Assembly (NCBI GenBank): GCA_963845185.1
Contig: CAWJRG010000009.1
Span: 864,001 to 928,000 of the forward strand
DNA: 64,000 nucleotides
Origin: an uncultured bacterium
GTDB lineage: Bacteria > Oederibacteriota > PGYV01 > CAWJRG01
Direction: 5' to 3'
Of the stretch, positions 1 to 10,089 are shown piece by piece. The position numbers were made by a program, and so were the translations under genes. The notes beneath the pieces were generated by a model, which was not told the origin of the DNA, ran no database searches, and saw only the letters and a program-made list of their open reading frames with translations. Within the stretch, counting starts at the first letter, position 1, and each line of letters starts with the position of its first letter.

Positions 1-348
1 ATCAACCAAAAAAGGCGGTGTAAGCGCCTCGTTTAAAATTTCTGTGATTTCAGCAACTATCTCAATATAGCCAGTATTCAACTTGGGATTTTCTGTGCCC
101 TGCGGCCTTTTCCTGACTTTGCCCTGCACGCATAAAACATATTCGCTTCTATATTTATGGGCATTGCTATGTTCTTTCTGGTTTAACTCCGGATCATACA
201 CTACCTGAACAAGTCCTGTTTTATCCCTGATATCAAGGAATACAACTCCACCGTGGTCACGCCTTGAATTTATCCAGCCGTTTATTACGACAATTTTTCC
301 AATTTCCTTTTCTGTGATTATTCCACAGTAATGAGTGCGTTTTTGCAT
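1..348 (-). CDS. aspS: Aspartate-tRNA ligase, N-terminal part (runs off window)
   Basis: Manual translation from 348: MQKRTHYCG...GWINSRRDHGGVVFLDIRDKTGLVQVV..., the AspRS OB-fold N-terminus. Confidence 0.95.
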   Translation of the reverse strand, partial: MQKRTHYCGIITEKEIGKIVVINGWINSRRDHGGVVFLDIRDKTGLVQVVYDPELNQKEHSNAHKYRSEYVLCVQGKVRKRPQGTENPKLNTGYIEIVAEITEILNEALTPPFLVD

Positions 349-448
349 TTTTGCCGCCCTTATTTTTTAGATTTTAAATTTTAGAATTTGGATTGGGATT
401 AAAAAATTTGCAAACCAGAATTCTTAATAACTACAGGTAAAAAATTCC

Positions 449-964
449 TTAGAACCTGTAATTGTAAGTTAAAAACATCGTACTGTTATTATATGATTCC
501 TGCTGCATTTTAAACTCAAGCCCATGCTCGATATTGTATTGCCGGGCTGCACCACCGGCCATAGATATATCCGACAGCCACGAAGCAACAAAAAGCACGC
601 CTGCGACAATCATTACAGTCTCGCCGGCCCTCTGCACTGTATTATTGTTGCCGCCCATAGTTGTTAAATTTGACGGTGATGAATATTCGATATAACCAAT
701 GCCAAGAGTTACCAGAGATGCAAACTCAGTGCCGAATAATAACAGTCCTGTCTTGTAATCTTCCGAATAAAACTGACCCCATCCGTGAACTAGCAATCCC
801 GGCCCTATAGCAATAACAGTTGCCATTATTGGGTCTTTTGGTTCAATCACGGTCTCGTCTATCACAACATTTGTTGTCCCCTGCGCATATAAATACGGTG
901 CAAAAAGCAAAGAACCTAAAATCATAATAAGCATTAAACATATAAATATGTTGCATTTTCTCAT
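449..964 (-). CDS. Hypothetical exported/membrane protein
   Basis: Signal peptide, hydrophobic segments, C-terminal YNYRF. Confidence 0.7.
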   Translation of the reverse strand: MRKCNIFICLMLIMILGSLLFAPYLYAQGTTNVVIDETVIEPKDPIMATVIAIGPGLLVHGWGQFYSEDYKTGLLLFGTEFASLVTLGIGYIEYSSPSNLTTMGGNNNTVQRAGETVMIVAGVLFVASWLSDISMAGGAARQYNIEHGLEFKMQQESYNNSTMFLTYNYRF

Positions 965-1099
965 AGAATTACACCTCTGAATTTAAGAATTTCGTAAATT
1001 ATCATATAAAAAGATTAAAAAGTCAATTAAATTTTGCCGACAAAAATATCGTTCTAAAACAATAAATAATCATATTTTAAGAGATTTAAATATTTTCCG

Positions 1100-1600
1100 T
1101 TACTTTGGTGATGCAATAATTTTATCTACAATATCGTCAGGGGTGAGTTTTATGTCTATTACCACAGCATTTTTCGGTTCTTCAAGTATATCAAACTGGC
1201 TGGCAAGAAGAGACGGGTTGATAAAATGACCCTTGCGTTTTTTTATACGCTTCTTAATCAACTCCAAGGTGCCTTTTAAATATATAAGTTTTATTCCCTT
1301 TCTATTTCCTATCAATACTTTGCGGTATTTTTCTTTGAGAGCTGAACATGCTACCACACTATTCCATTTGCATGCCAGGTCCAGGTCGATTATTGAACGG
1401 ATTGCGAAAAGCCAAGATTTCCTGTCTTTATCTGTAAGAGGTAAACCTTTGCGCATTTTTTTACGGCTGCTATCAGAGTGATAATCATCACCGTCACGGA
1501 ATACACAATTAAGCCTTTTAGCAAGCTTCTTGCCTATTGCTGTCTTGCCTGAACCAAGCACACCCATTAAAATATAAATCATTGTCTGGATTCTCCTCAA
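1100..1600 (-). CDS. gntK: Gluconokinase (GntK/IdnK family)
   Basis: MGVLGSGKT P-loop, DGDDYH, PLTDKDR, ACSALK, HF..SLLASQFDILEEP. Confidence 0.9.
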   Translation of the reverse strand: MRRIQTMIYILMGVLGSGKTAIGKKLAKRLNCVFRDGDDYHSDSSRKKMRKGLPLTDKDRKSWLFAIRSIIDLDLACKWNSVVACSALKEKYRKVLIGNRKGIKLIYLKGTLELIKKRIKKRKGHFINPSLLASQFDILEEPKNAVVIDIKLTPDDIVDKIIASPK

Positions 1601-1622
1601 ATATCACAAGCAACTTATTAAC

Positions 1623-4205
1623 CTATCTTATTATAGCAATTTTTCCTTTTTTAGTGTTGCCTTTTTTATCACTGATTATATAGATGTAGATCCCAGATAC
1701 TGTCTTATTCTTTTGATTTGTCAAGTTCCAGAAAAGTGTACCGCTTGGCGTATCCTGTTCAACCTTGTAAACAAGCTCCCCTGACACATTAAAAACTTTT
1801 AGCAGCGTATGGCTTTCAAGATTAGTAAAAGTTATACCTGTGTGACCTTTCCTCAGGTCGCAAGGCGATGGGTATGCTTTGACATTATCCAGGTTTGCAG
1901 CAGCACTTGTTCCAGTTGCTCCTCCGCCGCTTCCTGAATAAAAATAACCTGATAAGAAAACAAGCGCCGCATTTTCAGATGTTTCCCCTTCATTTGACGC
2001 GTAAGAACCGGCTGACGAGCACAAATCCAGCCAGCATTTTGCCGGCGGCGTTCCTTCATTTATTATAGTTATAAGAGGTAAGTCGTTTCCAGCTCCGTTT
2101 GCGTACCTATTTGGTCCGCCTGAAGCCCATCCTGGGAATAAAATGCCGTAATCCTCATAGATCCAATGGTAAGGATGGCTAGCGTAGTTTGTTCCGTGCA
2201 TGGTTACAAAAGACTTGTTCAGGCTGTTATTTCCCATCATATAGCCCATCTGGTTTAATGCAGCATCTTTGTATGACTGGTTTCCTGTTACAATATACCC
2301 CATAATCAGGTTGTTTGCCCTATGCATCAATCCTTCGTTTGATTCCCAGTAATAATCCCATTGAGTGCTTGCCACTCCGTATCCTGAACTGCTTGCTCTC
2401 GTCAAATAATTATCGCAAAGAGACTGTATGCTTGAAATTGCCTTGTTTTTCAGCGGCGACGGAGTTCTTGCGTCCTCCCACATAGAAAAATACCCTAAAA
2501 ACTCCGGTGCAGACCAGCTCATTTCAGTAAGCGGATTCGTGGTTGTGTCGGAATCAAACTGGCTGCTTATCGTTGTATCGCCTGTCAGCCTGAACATTTC
2601 AGCTTCTGCCCACTGTACTTCCTGCCATGAATACGGATCAATGTAATACGGGTCTGTTTGACCGATATTCTTGTTTGCCATAAGCCATGTAAATGATCTT
2701 TGTGCTGTACGCGAGCATGTATTTGCGAATGCCGGATCAATGTTTTGAAATACCCTTGCAGCCTGTGCGCAAGCCGCTACTAAAACAGCTGCGTCAATTG
2801 ATGACGGCGGCTGGGTCAAAGTAACGGATTGGTAACAAGCGTACCTTGTATATGGATCAAGATTTGGCTTGATCCCGAAAATAAAATTTGGTTGGGTGTC
2901 CACTTTATGATAAACCGTGCCGTCGGAATTTTGCAGTTTTAAAAGCCAGTTTAAACCCCATCTTGCCTCGTTTAGAAGGTCTGATATGTTGTTCCCGCTT
3001 TCAGGTATGTTATTCTTTAAATTCTTCATATTGTTAGTTTGCAATTCATAAAGCCACATCATGTAACTCACGCTCAATGCTTCTTCTACCGACCATTTTC
3101 CAACGTCACCAGCATTGTGCCATCCTCCTGTAAAATCCCTTGATTGCCCTGTATCTTTACATATAGCATCCGTTGTATGACAAGCCAGGCGGTTTAGCCC
3201 GGTAACGCTGTCATTTATTGAAATGCCGCATCTTATTAAATAAAAACACCTTAAAGCATCCTTAAATACCTGGTCATAGACGTTTTCAGAAATATTAAAA
3301 TAATAGCTTTTATGGCCGTTGACATAAATACAATATCTGCCGGTCATAGCGAGTGATGAAAAATCGCCCTGTAGAACAAATTCCCCTGTCGTTGCTGTAT
3401 CGCTGACGGGCGTAGCTGAAATTTTGCCCGAATAGGCCGTATTTCCCAGCGTATCCAAAACGCTGAAATTATCGTTTGTTGAAGCGGTCTGCGTCACAAC
3501 ATAAAAATATTTTTTAGCGTCAGGTAAATACCCTTCCTGGTTAACTTTCGGATCAGGAATTATAACATTGGGCGTTATTGTAACCGCAGCTTCACTTTGC
3601 AGATAAAACTCTATGTCATCCACATAAAGCTGCCCTGTTGTGCCTGCAAAGCCGCTTGCAACCCACTGGATAGCATAAACTGTCGTGGGATCCCATGCCT
3701 CAGGTGTCCCCCATGCCTGCGCGAGGCTCATGAAAGGTATTTCAAATAATTTCCAGCTTGAATCAGGCGTAAAAACAGATGAATAATGATTTCCCTGCGC
3801 GGCTGTTTTTGTCGTGCCAAGGCCGCAATTATATGTGCCTGTTCCTGTGCATTTAGCGTAAAACCTTATTCCATAGTAACTGCTCACGTCAATTCCGATG
3901 GTGCTGTAATCCGCCCTGGTAAAAGTAAGCAAGCCTGTGTATGGGTACGCCACGCCCGGCAATAATGTATATGCCATGCTTGCGCAGTATGCCGAGCCTG
4001 AATTTCCGCCAGGTGTCATAAAAAATGTACCCGCCGGTGCCGCAGGCGGTGTGACAGATGAATATCCGTCGGCAAATGTTTGCCAAGCTCCGCCGAGAGC
4101 ATTAATATTGTCTCCGTCATCGCAGTTGTCTACAAGCAAGGCTGCGTGTAAGTCAAACGTTATCAGAAGCGCCGCGATAACTATATATATTTTCTTCATT
4201 AACAT
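1623..4205 (-). CDS. Secreted GH9 glycoside hydrolase: CBM11/CIA30-like N-domain, Ig-like domain, GH9, T9SS-like C-terminal domain
   Basis: VNQEGY.P..KK, GGWHNAGD, DLLNEARWGLNWLLK, SFVT..G, YASNE; CTD AYPSP...SGIYIY...GKIAIIR. Confidence 0.88.
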   Translation of the reverse strand: MLMKKIYIVIAALLITFDLHAALLVDNCDDGDNINALGGAWQTFADGYSSVTPPAAPAGTFFMTPGGNSGSAYCASMAYTLLPGVAYPYTGLLTFTRADYSTIGIDVSSYYGIRFYAKCTGTGTYNCGLGTTKTAAQGNHYSSVFTPDSSWKLFEIPFMSLAQAWGTPEAWDPTTVYAIQWVASGFAGTTGQLYVDDIEFYLQSEAAVTITPNVIIPDPKVNQEGYLPDAKKYFYVVTQTASTNDNFSVLDTLGNTAYSGKISATPVSDTATTGEFVLQGDFSSLAMTGRYCIYVNGHKSYYFNISENVYDQVFKDALRCFYLIRCGISINDSVTGLNRLACHTTDAICKDTGQSRDFTGGWHNAGDVGKWSVEEALSVSYMMWLYELQTNNMKNLKNNIPESGNNISDLLNEARWGLNWLLKLQNSDGTVYHKVDTQPNFIFGIKPNLDPYTRYACYQSVTLTQPPSSIDAAVLVAACAQAARVFQNIDPAFANTCSRTAQRSFTWLMANKNIGQTDPYYIDPYSWQEVQWAEAEMFRLTGDTTISSQFDSDTTTNPLTEMSWSAPEFLGYFSMWEDARTPSPLKNKAISSIQSLCDNYLTRASSSGYGVASTQWDYYWESNEGLMHRANNLIMGYIVTGNQSYKDAALNQMGYMMGNNSLNKSFVTMHGTNYASHPYHWIYEDYGILFPGWASGGPNRYANGAGNDLPLITIINEGTPPAKCWLDLCSSAGSYASNEGETSENAALVFLSGYFYSGSGGGATGTSAAANLDNVKAYPSPCDLRKGHTGITFTNLESHTLLKVFNVSGELVYKVEQDTPSGTLFWNLTNQKNKTVSGIYIYIISDKKGNTKKGKIAIIR

Positions 4206-4286
4206 GACTCCTTTTTGTTATTTTCTCATTATCAGCATTACATACTGTTCTCAAATTATAACGTGGAAAATTCAAAACCGTTGCAA

Positions 4287-5366
4287 TTATTTGTTCTTTC
4301 TTTTTCCACCCACATTAAAATCAACATATTTATATATATTTTCAGCCATTGCTTTATTTAAATGTTTTCTCGTAATCCCCGAATAATCCTTTTGATTTCT
4401 ATGCATCCTTTCAATTTCCTGCCTAAATTCATAATATGTCACGGCTATGTCGCCTTTTAACCTTTCAATGTCGTTTGCTTTATTTTTTTCAGTTAGTATG
4501 GCAAGTATCCCGCCAAAGGCTTCCAGAGGGTAAAACCTGGCCACATTATCAGCTGCGTAAAAATAATATACATCGTAATATTCTTTGGTTACTTCCCTGA
4601 ATATTCTTACTGCCCTGTCATCATTGTTTTGTGAGCGGTACAGCTCTCCCAGTTCAAGCAGCAAAGAAGCGCAAAGTACTCTGTTTTTTGTATTTTTAAT
4701 TATCCACCTTATCTCGTTTTCCATTCTTCCGACAAATGCTTTTTCTGAAATCAGGCAGTAAACTATGTTGTCTGCTGCCGGTTCCTCGTAATTAACGCAA
4801 TCGCCATAGCAGCGCCTGGTTATCCCGTCAAAATTTTTTATAAGTAACTTTGAAATGTTAATTGATTTTTCGTAATTAGGATTATTGTCTATCATGCAGT
4901 CCCCATAGCCGGAAAAATTATTCGAAAAAATCCACATTTCATAACAAAGCGCCTCAGCGCCAGCTGGCCCGCCGTAGTTCTGCGAGGAAAGTGAAGTAAA
5001 GGCTCCAAGGAATCTGTCGTTTTTATACCTCATGAACATTTCGTCAAAACACATGAGGGCTTCTTTTATCCTGCCGTTTTTTAAGTATATCCTGCCGAGC
5101 ATGTCAAGCGCGCCAGGCGCAGCCTTATATCTGTATTCAAGAGCATAAACTTTTATTGTTATAAGCCTGTCGGGTTTAACTCTTAGTATTTTGAAAAGTA
5201 GTGGAGTTGCCTTATCAAATTCGTTTTTAAGGTAATAATATCTTGCGCTTGCGTATGTTGCATCTTCGAATCTAATCTCTTTGCTGATACGCTCAACTGT
5301 TTTTTCATAGGCATGCAACGATATTACCAGTAACAGCGCTGCAATTAACATAACATTTCTGCGCAA
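4287..5366 (-). CDS. Exported TPR-like helical repeat protein
   Basis: Signal peptide; TPR-like segments (ALDMLGRIY, LLLELGELY). Confidence 0.65.
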   Translation of the reverse strand: MRRNVMLIAALLLVISLHAYEKTVERISKEIRFEDATYASARYYYLKNEFDKATPLLFKILRVKPDRLITIKVYALEYRYKAAPGALDMLGRIYLKNGRIKEALMCFDEMFMRYKNDRFLGAFTSLSSQNYGGPAGAEALCYEMWIFSNNFSGYGDCMIDNNPNYEKSINISKLLIKNFDGITRRCYGDCVNYEEPAADNIVYCLISEKAFVGRMENEIRWIIKNTKNRVLCASLLLELGELYRSQNNDDRAVRIFREVTKEYYDVYYFYAADNVARFYPLEAFGGILAILTEKNKANDIERLKGDIAVTYYEFRQEIERMHRNQKDYSGITRKHLNKAMAENIYKYVDFNVGGKRKNK

Positions 5367-5656
5367 ATCATACTCCTGTTTAAGGGCAGCATAATATTCT
5401 GTCCTAAAATCATTGCAATTATGATTAATTTTACCAGATTACGCATGCGAATAGCAATTAATTTTAAAAGGAGTATTGTGTTTCATAAAGTTGTAACATT
5501 TGGCGTATAAAATTTCTTACTTTATTGATCTAATGCTTTACAAAATTAACAATATTTTAAGACCGGATTGGGATTTAACTTTCTTGCTATTGATGTCAGG
5601 CTTTTATATTAGGATATTAAATTTTGCAGAATTCTTTGATGATTGTCCGGAAAGCG

Positions 5657-6946
5657 TTATTTTAAATCTTCCATTGAAATATCAAGGAGTATTTTGTCTT
5701 TAATTTCTTCAATTACAGCCGTGTCAAGCGACTGCTTTGCCGTCTCGGCGTCTGTCATGGCCTGTATTACGTCCACATTAGTCACCAGGCCGTTCTTATA
5801 ATCCTGTTGCTGCGCTTTCAGGCTCTGTGAAGCTTTCGTGTATGATTCCTTTAATGATTGCAGTATCCTTGCAGACGCGGCATAATCCCTCACCCTCGTC
5901 TTTATCTCGTATCTCACCGACGCGATTAAAGCCAGGAGTTGCTGCCGTATGGATTCGTACTGTGAAAACCCGGCAATAGAATCAAAAAACCTCGTGCCCC
6001 ATTCAAAAATCGGCCATTGAGCCGTTAGCATAGCCTGCCAGCCGTGATCGGTATAAGCCGACGTTCCAAGGTATGGTGTGCCTTCGAGTAACTTGCTCAC
6101 ATTAAGGTCCACCTGCGGAAGGAATGTCCCAAGGCCTGCCTCAATCTTTCTATTCTGTTCTTCCAGATCTACTTCTATAGCCTTTACGTCCGAGCGCGCT
6201 TCAGCCGTGGAAGTCACATTTACATCCGCCGCATGGAATTCCTGTTCCTGCTGCTGCTCAATCAAAACCAGGCCGTCCACTCCCATTACATATGCTAAAT
6301 TATCCGCCGCGTCGTCTGCAGCAGCCTTTGCCTGCTCAAGCTGAGAGGCAATCTTGGCTGCGCCTGATTGGGCAGCGTATACTTCGCTCCGCCTTGACTT
6401 GCCTAGGTTCATCCATCCTGTCAATTCACCGACACGGTCATTAAAAAGTTTTAATTCATCCTGAGTATCGTTTACAATAGTCAGCGCCTGCGCGTATCCG
6501 TAATAAGCCTGTGCCGTGCTTTGTGCAACCTGGCGCCATGTTGATTTTAACAGCATTTCCTGCCTTAATACTTCCCTGTCCAGCGCGCTCACGGTATTTA
6601 ACTTGGAAAACCCGTGAAAAACAGGCTGTTGTATGGTTAAAAAAGTTTCCCATCCGCCGTATTCAAGTTTACCGTTGCCAGGGCTCTCACCATTGCCGAG
6701 TTCATAATCATAAGCGCGCTCGTGCAAAAGCCCAACCTGGGGCAGCAAATTTCCGATTGCTGCGAGTTTTGCCATTTTTGCCTGTTTCACATTTTCGGCC
6801 TGAATTTTATAATCATAGCTGTTCTGTAAAGCTATTTCAAGGCAATCACTGAAAGAAAGGGGTTTATTATTGTCCTCTGCCAGCGCGTATAACGCCGGTA
6901 TTAAAAAAACTGCTGTAATTAAAAAAATAAGTTTTAAAATACGCAT
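5657..6946 (-). CDS. TolC-family outer membrane protein
   Basis: LSFSDCLEIALQNS, LLPQV, QQPVFHG, YKNGLVTNVDVIQA two-repeat OEP pattern. Confidence 0.88.
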   Translation of the reverse strand: MRILKLIFLITAVFLIPALYALAEDNNKPLSFSDCLEIALQNSYDYKIQAENVKQAKMAKLAAIGNLLPQVGLLHERAYDYELGNGESPGNGKLEYGGWETFLTIQQPVFHGFSKLNTVSALDREVLRQEMLLKSTWRQVAQSTAQAYYGYAQALTIVNDTQDELKLFNDRVGELTGWMNLGKSRRSEVYAAQSGAAKIASQLEQAKAAADDAADNLAYVMGVDGLVLIEQQQEQEFHAADVNVTSTAEARSDVKAIEVDLEEQNRKIEAGLGTFLPQVDLNVSKLLEGTPYLGTSAYTDHGWQAMLTAQWPIFEWGTRFFDSIAGFSQYESIRQQLLALIASVRYEIKTRVRDYAASARILQSLKESYTKASQSLKAQQQDYKNGLVTNVDVIQAMTDAETAKQSLDTAVIEEIKDKILLDISMEDLK

Positions 6947-7132
6947 TTATCTTTTACCGCCTTTGTCGCTATATGGAAATAAAATGTTTATTTTTACAAG
7001 TATAAATTTTATCACATAAACTTAAAATATGGAATAGAATGTTGGACAATTAAATTTGTATTCAATACCCTGCGCTCCGATACAAGAAGATATAATTTGT
7101 GAAGGTATAACGCACAATAAAATCTGATATTA

Positions 7133-7630
7133 TTATTTCCCTTTATCTTCTTCCTTCATAAAATTTTTGTGCTTTTCATGACTTTCTATTATTGTAATCA
7201 GCTTATCAAACTGCTCTTTTGTAAGTATCTTTTTTGTTTTGAGCATGTTATCAAGCCTTAGTTTCAGCATTTTCGAGCCTGAGGCAGATAATTTGTCTGC
7301 AAGCGAGTCGATTTTGCTTTCATCCGGATTGTCTTTCCTCATTTCATCCTTGATATCTATGGATACAAGCTCAATCTCGCTTCTTATTTTTACCGCGTCT
7401 TTTGCCGAAACGCTTTCTAAATCCTGTAGTTCTTTTATCTCCTCACTTGTCAATTTAAGCTCATCCACAAGCCCCATTACCATTTCCGGGTTTCCAATCC
7501 CAAAACCTCCCATATGCATCCCCTGTCCCATGTCTCCGGGTTTTGCCGTCCCGGGCGGCGGTGCCGCGAATGTAATTGAAGCTGTTAACAAAAACAACGC
7601 CACAATGAAATAAAACTTTTTCATGCGCAA
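7133..7630 (-). CDS. Spy/CpxP-like periplasmic protein
   Basis: Signal peptide, Met/Gly-rich N-terminus, ELKLTSEE...ILTKEQ (LTXXQ-like). Confidence 0.75.
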   Translation of the reverse strand: MRMKKFYFIVALFLLTASITFAAPPPGTAKPGDMGQGMHMGGFGIGNPEMVMGLVDELKLTSEEIKELQDLESVSAKDAVKIRSEIELVSIDIKDEMRKDNPDESKIDSLADKLSASGSKMLKLRLDNMLKTKKILTKEQFDKLITIIESHEKHKNFMKEEDKGK

Positions 7631-7648
7631 ACTTACCTCCTTTTATAT

Positions 7649-8089
7649 TTAGTTGTTTATATCAATATCATCCATATAATCAGTTGCTATTATAGACGCT
7701 GAATTTGCCTCGTCCTGGCTCGAATAAATTTCATATGTGTCGTTTAGAAAATCATAAACCTGTTTTTGCCTGTTATAATTAAGTAAAAATCCGGCTATAA
7801 AAACCAGGATAATAGCCGATACCGCTGCAGATAAAACAGCGACAGGCCTTAAAAAACCAAAAATGCCGCCTTTCGCCGCACGGAGAGCCCTTTCAATGTT
7901 TCGTTTAATTGATGCCGACGGGTTTTCAATTGACTCTTTGAAAAGCCCGTTAATTTTCAATAAGGCTTTGTAATCATGCAGGCATGCTCCGCACGAATCC
8001 AGGTGCACTCTAACTGACTCCATGGTTGCAGTGTCGAGCCTGCCGCATGAAAATTCATATAAAAATTCTTTAGCTTCATTGCATTTCAT
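7649..8089 (-). CDS. Anti-sigma factor (zf-HC2 + TM)
   Basis: C...HLDSCGAC zinc motif, one TM helix, downstream of ECF sigma. Confidence 0.88.
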   Translation of the reverse strand: MKCNEAKEFLYEFSCGRLDTATMESVRVHLDSCGACLHDYKALLKINGLFKESIENPSASIKRNIERALRAAKGGIFGFLRPVAVLSAAVSAIILVFIAGFLLNYNRQKQVYDFLNDTYEIYSSQDEANSASIIATDYMDDIDINN

Positions 8090-8101
8090 TTCAATACTCC
8101 T

Positions 8102-8202
8102 AAGATATCGTTTGTTTTGTCAAGCTTTTCTGCGCAGACAAAACATTACGAGATCTTGTACCCGCTCTAGTCCGAGGCCGCTAGGTCGAGGACAAGTGGT
8201 GC
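8102..8202 (+). repeat. Double-hairpin element A, dispersed copy
   Basis: aagatatcgtttgttttgtc..gacaaaacattacgagatctt + gtacccgctctagtcc..ggacaagtggtgc; homologous to the 52577-53176 units. Confidence 0.9.
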
Positions 8203-8663
8203 TACTTTCTTGCCGCCTTGATCATCAAACTCATTCCGCGGTTTATCCTTGATTTTACCGTTCCTTCGCTTATATTCAGCATGACAGCTATTTCTTTGTA
8301 TGATAGCCCTGTTATCTGTGAAAGTATAACAGGTATTTTCTGGTCGTCAGGCAGCAGCGATAAAAACGAATCAAGCTCAGTCGTGTCCCTCGGCCTGTAA
8401 GAAACCGGTTTGTCCACTTTATCAATTTTTCTTGTTTCAGCCGATTTTTTCCTCATCATGTCTATGCTCTCGTTGACAGCCATTCTATAAAGGTAAGTTT
8501 TTATCGAAGAATCGCCTCTGAAAGCATCCATATTATTAAAGAGCTTGATAAATACATTCTGTGTTATGTCCTCGGCGTCTTCCCTGTTGCCCATAACACG
8601 CAACGCCACGTTAAAAACATATTTGCCGTTTTCCCTGTATATTTCAATCTGGTTTTTATTCAC
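8202..8663 (-). CDS. ECF RNA polymerase sigma factor
   Basis: DAEDITQNVFIK, TYLYRMAVN, LSYKEIA..L.ISEGTVKSRINRG. Confidence 0.93.
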   Translation of the reverse strand: MNKNQIEIYRENGKYVFNVALRVMGNREDAEDITQNVFIKLFNNMDAFRGDSSIKTYLYRMAVNESIDMMRKKSAETRKIDKVDKPVSYRPRDTTELDSFLSLLPDDQKIPVILSQITGLSYKEIAVMLNISEGTVKSRINRGMSLMIKAARK

Positions 8664-8736
8664 TTATTTTCACCAATTAGACGTAAGTAAATGTCTTGAA
8701 AGTTCCTTGTAAAACAGGTCAAAAACCTGCCGGTGC

Positions 8737-9846
8737 TTAAACATTGAACTTAAAATATACAATATCCGCGTCCTGCATTATATAATCCCTGCCCTCGCTG
8801 CGCATAAGCCCGGCTTCCTTTACCTTTAGCTCTGTCTTCAGTTCAAAAAAATCGCTGTATTTCATAATTTCCGCCTTTATAAAACCGCGCTGGATATCGG
8901 AATGTATTTCGCCTGCCGCTTCTTCGGCACTGGTGCCTTTTCTTATGGGCCATGCGCGCGACTCTTTTTCACCGCCCGTAAAAAATGTAATCAGGTTGAG
9001 CAAATGGTACGCGTGCCTTATAAAATCATCAAATCCCCTGTAATCAAACCCGAGCTCTTTTATAAATTCCTTTTTTTCCTCAGGCGTTAGGTCTGCCATT
9101 TCCGCCTCGATTTTTGCCGATATAACTGCGTGTTCTGTGTTCTGGCTTTCCGTAAATTTAATAAGCTCGGGGTTATCCTTGTCAAAACTTTGTATTTTGT
9201 CCTCGTCGGTATTAAAAACATAAAGCATTGGCTTCATTGTAAGGAACTCGTACTGTTTTATTTCTGCTCTTTCGTCCTTGGTCAATTCAAGCGTAAACCC
9301 CATTTTGCCTTTTTCAAGCCAGGTTTTTATTTTAGCGAGAACAGTAAGTTTCTTTATCGCGTCTTTGTCGTTCCCGCGCGCCATTCTCTCCAGTTTTTCA
9401 GTTATATTTGCTATATTTTCAAGGTCTGCCAGCATTAATTCTGTATTTATTGTTTCTATATCGCCCATCGGGTTTAATTTTCCGACTGACCTTGCCACGT
9501 TCGGGTCTGTAAAAACCCTCACTATCTGCGCTACTGCGTCAACCTGCCTGATGTTTGCTAGAAACTTGTTGCCTAGCCCCTCGCCCTTGCTCGCGCCTTT
9601 TACAAGCCCGGCTATATCTACAAACTTGACCGTAGCCGGCGTTCTTTTGGTGGAGCCGTTATTGTAAGCGTTAAATATAAAATCAAGCCTATCATCAGGC
9701 ACATTTACGACTCCCACGTTCGGGTCTATGGTGCAAAACTCGTAATTTGCGACCTGCGCCCCTGCTTTTGTCAGTACGTTGAATATTGTAGATTTGCCCA
9801 CATTAGGCAGGCCGACTATTCCTATTTCCATATATGCTCCCTTCAA
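8737..9846 (-). CDS. ychF: Redox-regulated ATPase YchF (start probably at MEIGIVG)
   Basis: GIVGLPNVGKST, FCTIDPN, FVDIAGLVKGASKGEGLGN.FL, IHSD..RGFIKAE, FKFNV. Confidence 0.97.
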   Translation of the reverse strand: MKGAYMEIGIVGLPNVGKSTIFNVLTKAGAQVANYEFCTIDPNVGVVNVPDDRLDFIFNAYNNGSTKRTPATVKFVDIAGLVKGASKGEGLGNKFLANIRQVDAVAQIVRVFTDPNVARSVGKLNPMGDIETINTELMLADLENIANITEKLERMARGNDKDAIKKLTVLAKIKTWLEKGKMGFTLELTKDERAEIKQYEFLTMKPMLYVFNTDEDKIQSFDKDNPELIKFTESQNTEHAVISAKIEAEMADLTPEEKKEFIKELGFDYRGFDDFIRHAYHLLNLITFFTGGEKESRAWPIRKGTSAEEAAGEIHSDIQRGFIKAEIMKYSDFFELKTELKVKEAGLMRSEGRDYIMQDADIVYFKFNV

Positions 9847-10044
9847 TATTGTTTAACACTACCACATTTATAAATCATATTTCTCTTAATTTTATAAAAT
9901 CCCCTATTATCCCCCTTTATTAAGGGTGAATGCAAACATCCCGCCCGATGGCTTTGCCATTCTCTCCCCATTAACAAGGGGAGTTGGAATGGGTTTGCTC
10001 TTCCTATATAATTGTCAAGCCTATTGCATATTTAAGAGCTAAAC

Positions 10045-10076
10045 AAAAAAGGCCGGCGAGTTGCCGGCCTTTTTTT
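10045..10076. terminator. Rho-independent terminator after hppA (bidirectional shape)
   Basis: aaaaaa ggccggc gagtt gccggcc ttttttt. Confidence 0.85.
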
Positions 10077-10089
10077 ATATCACAAAAAT

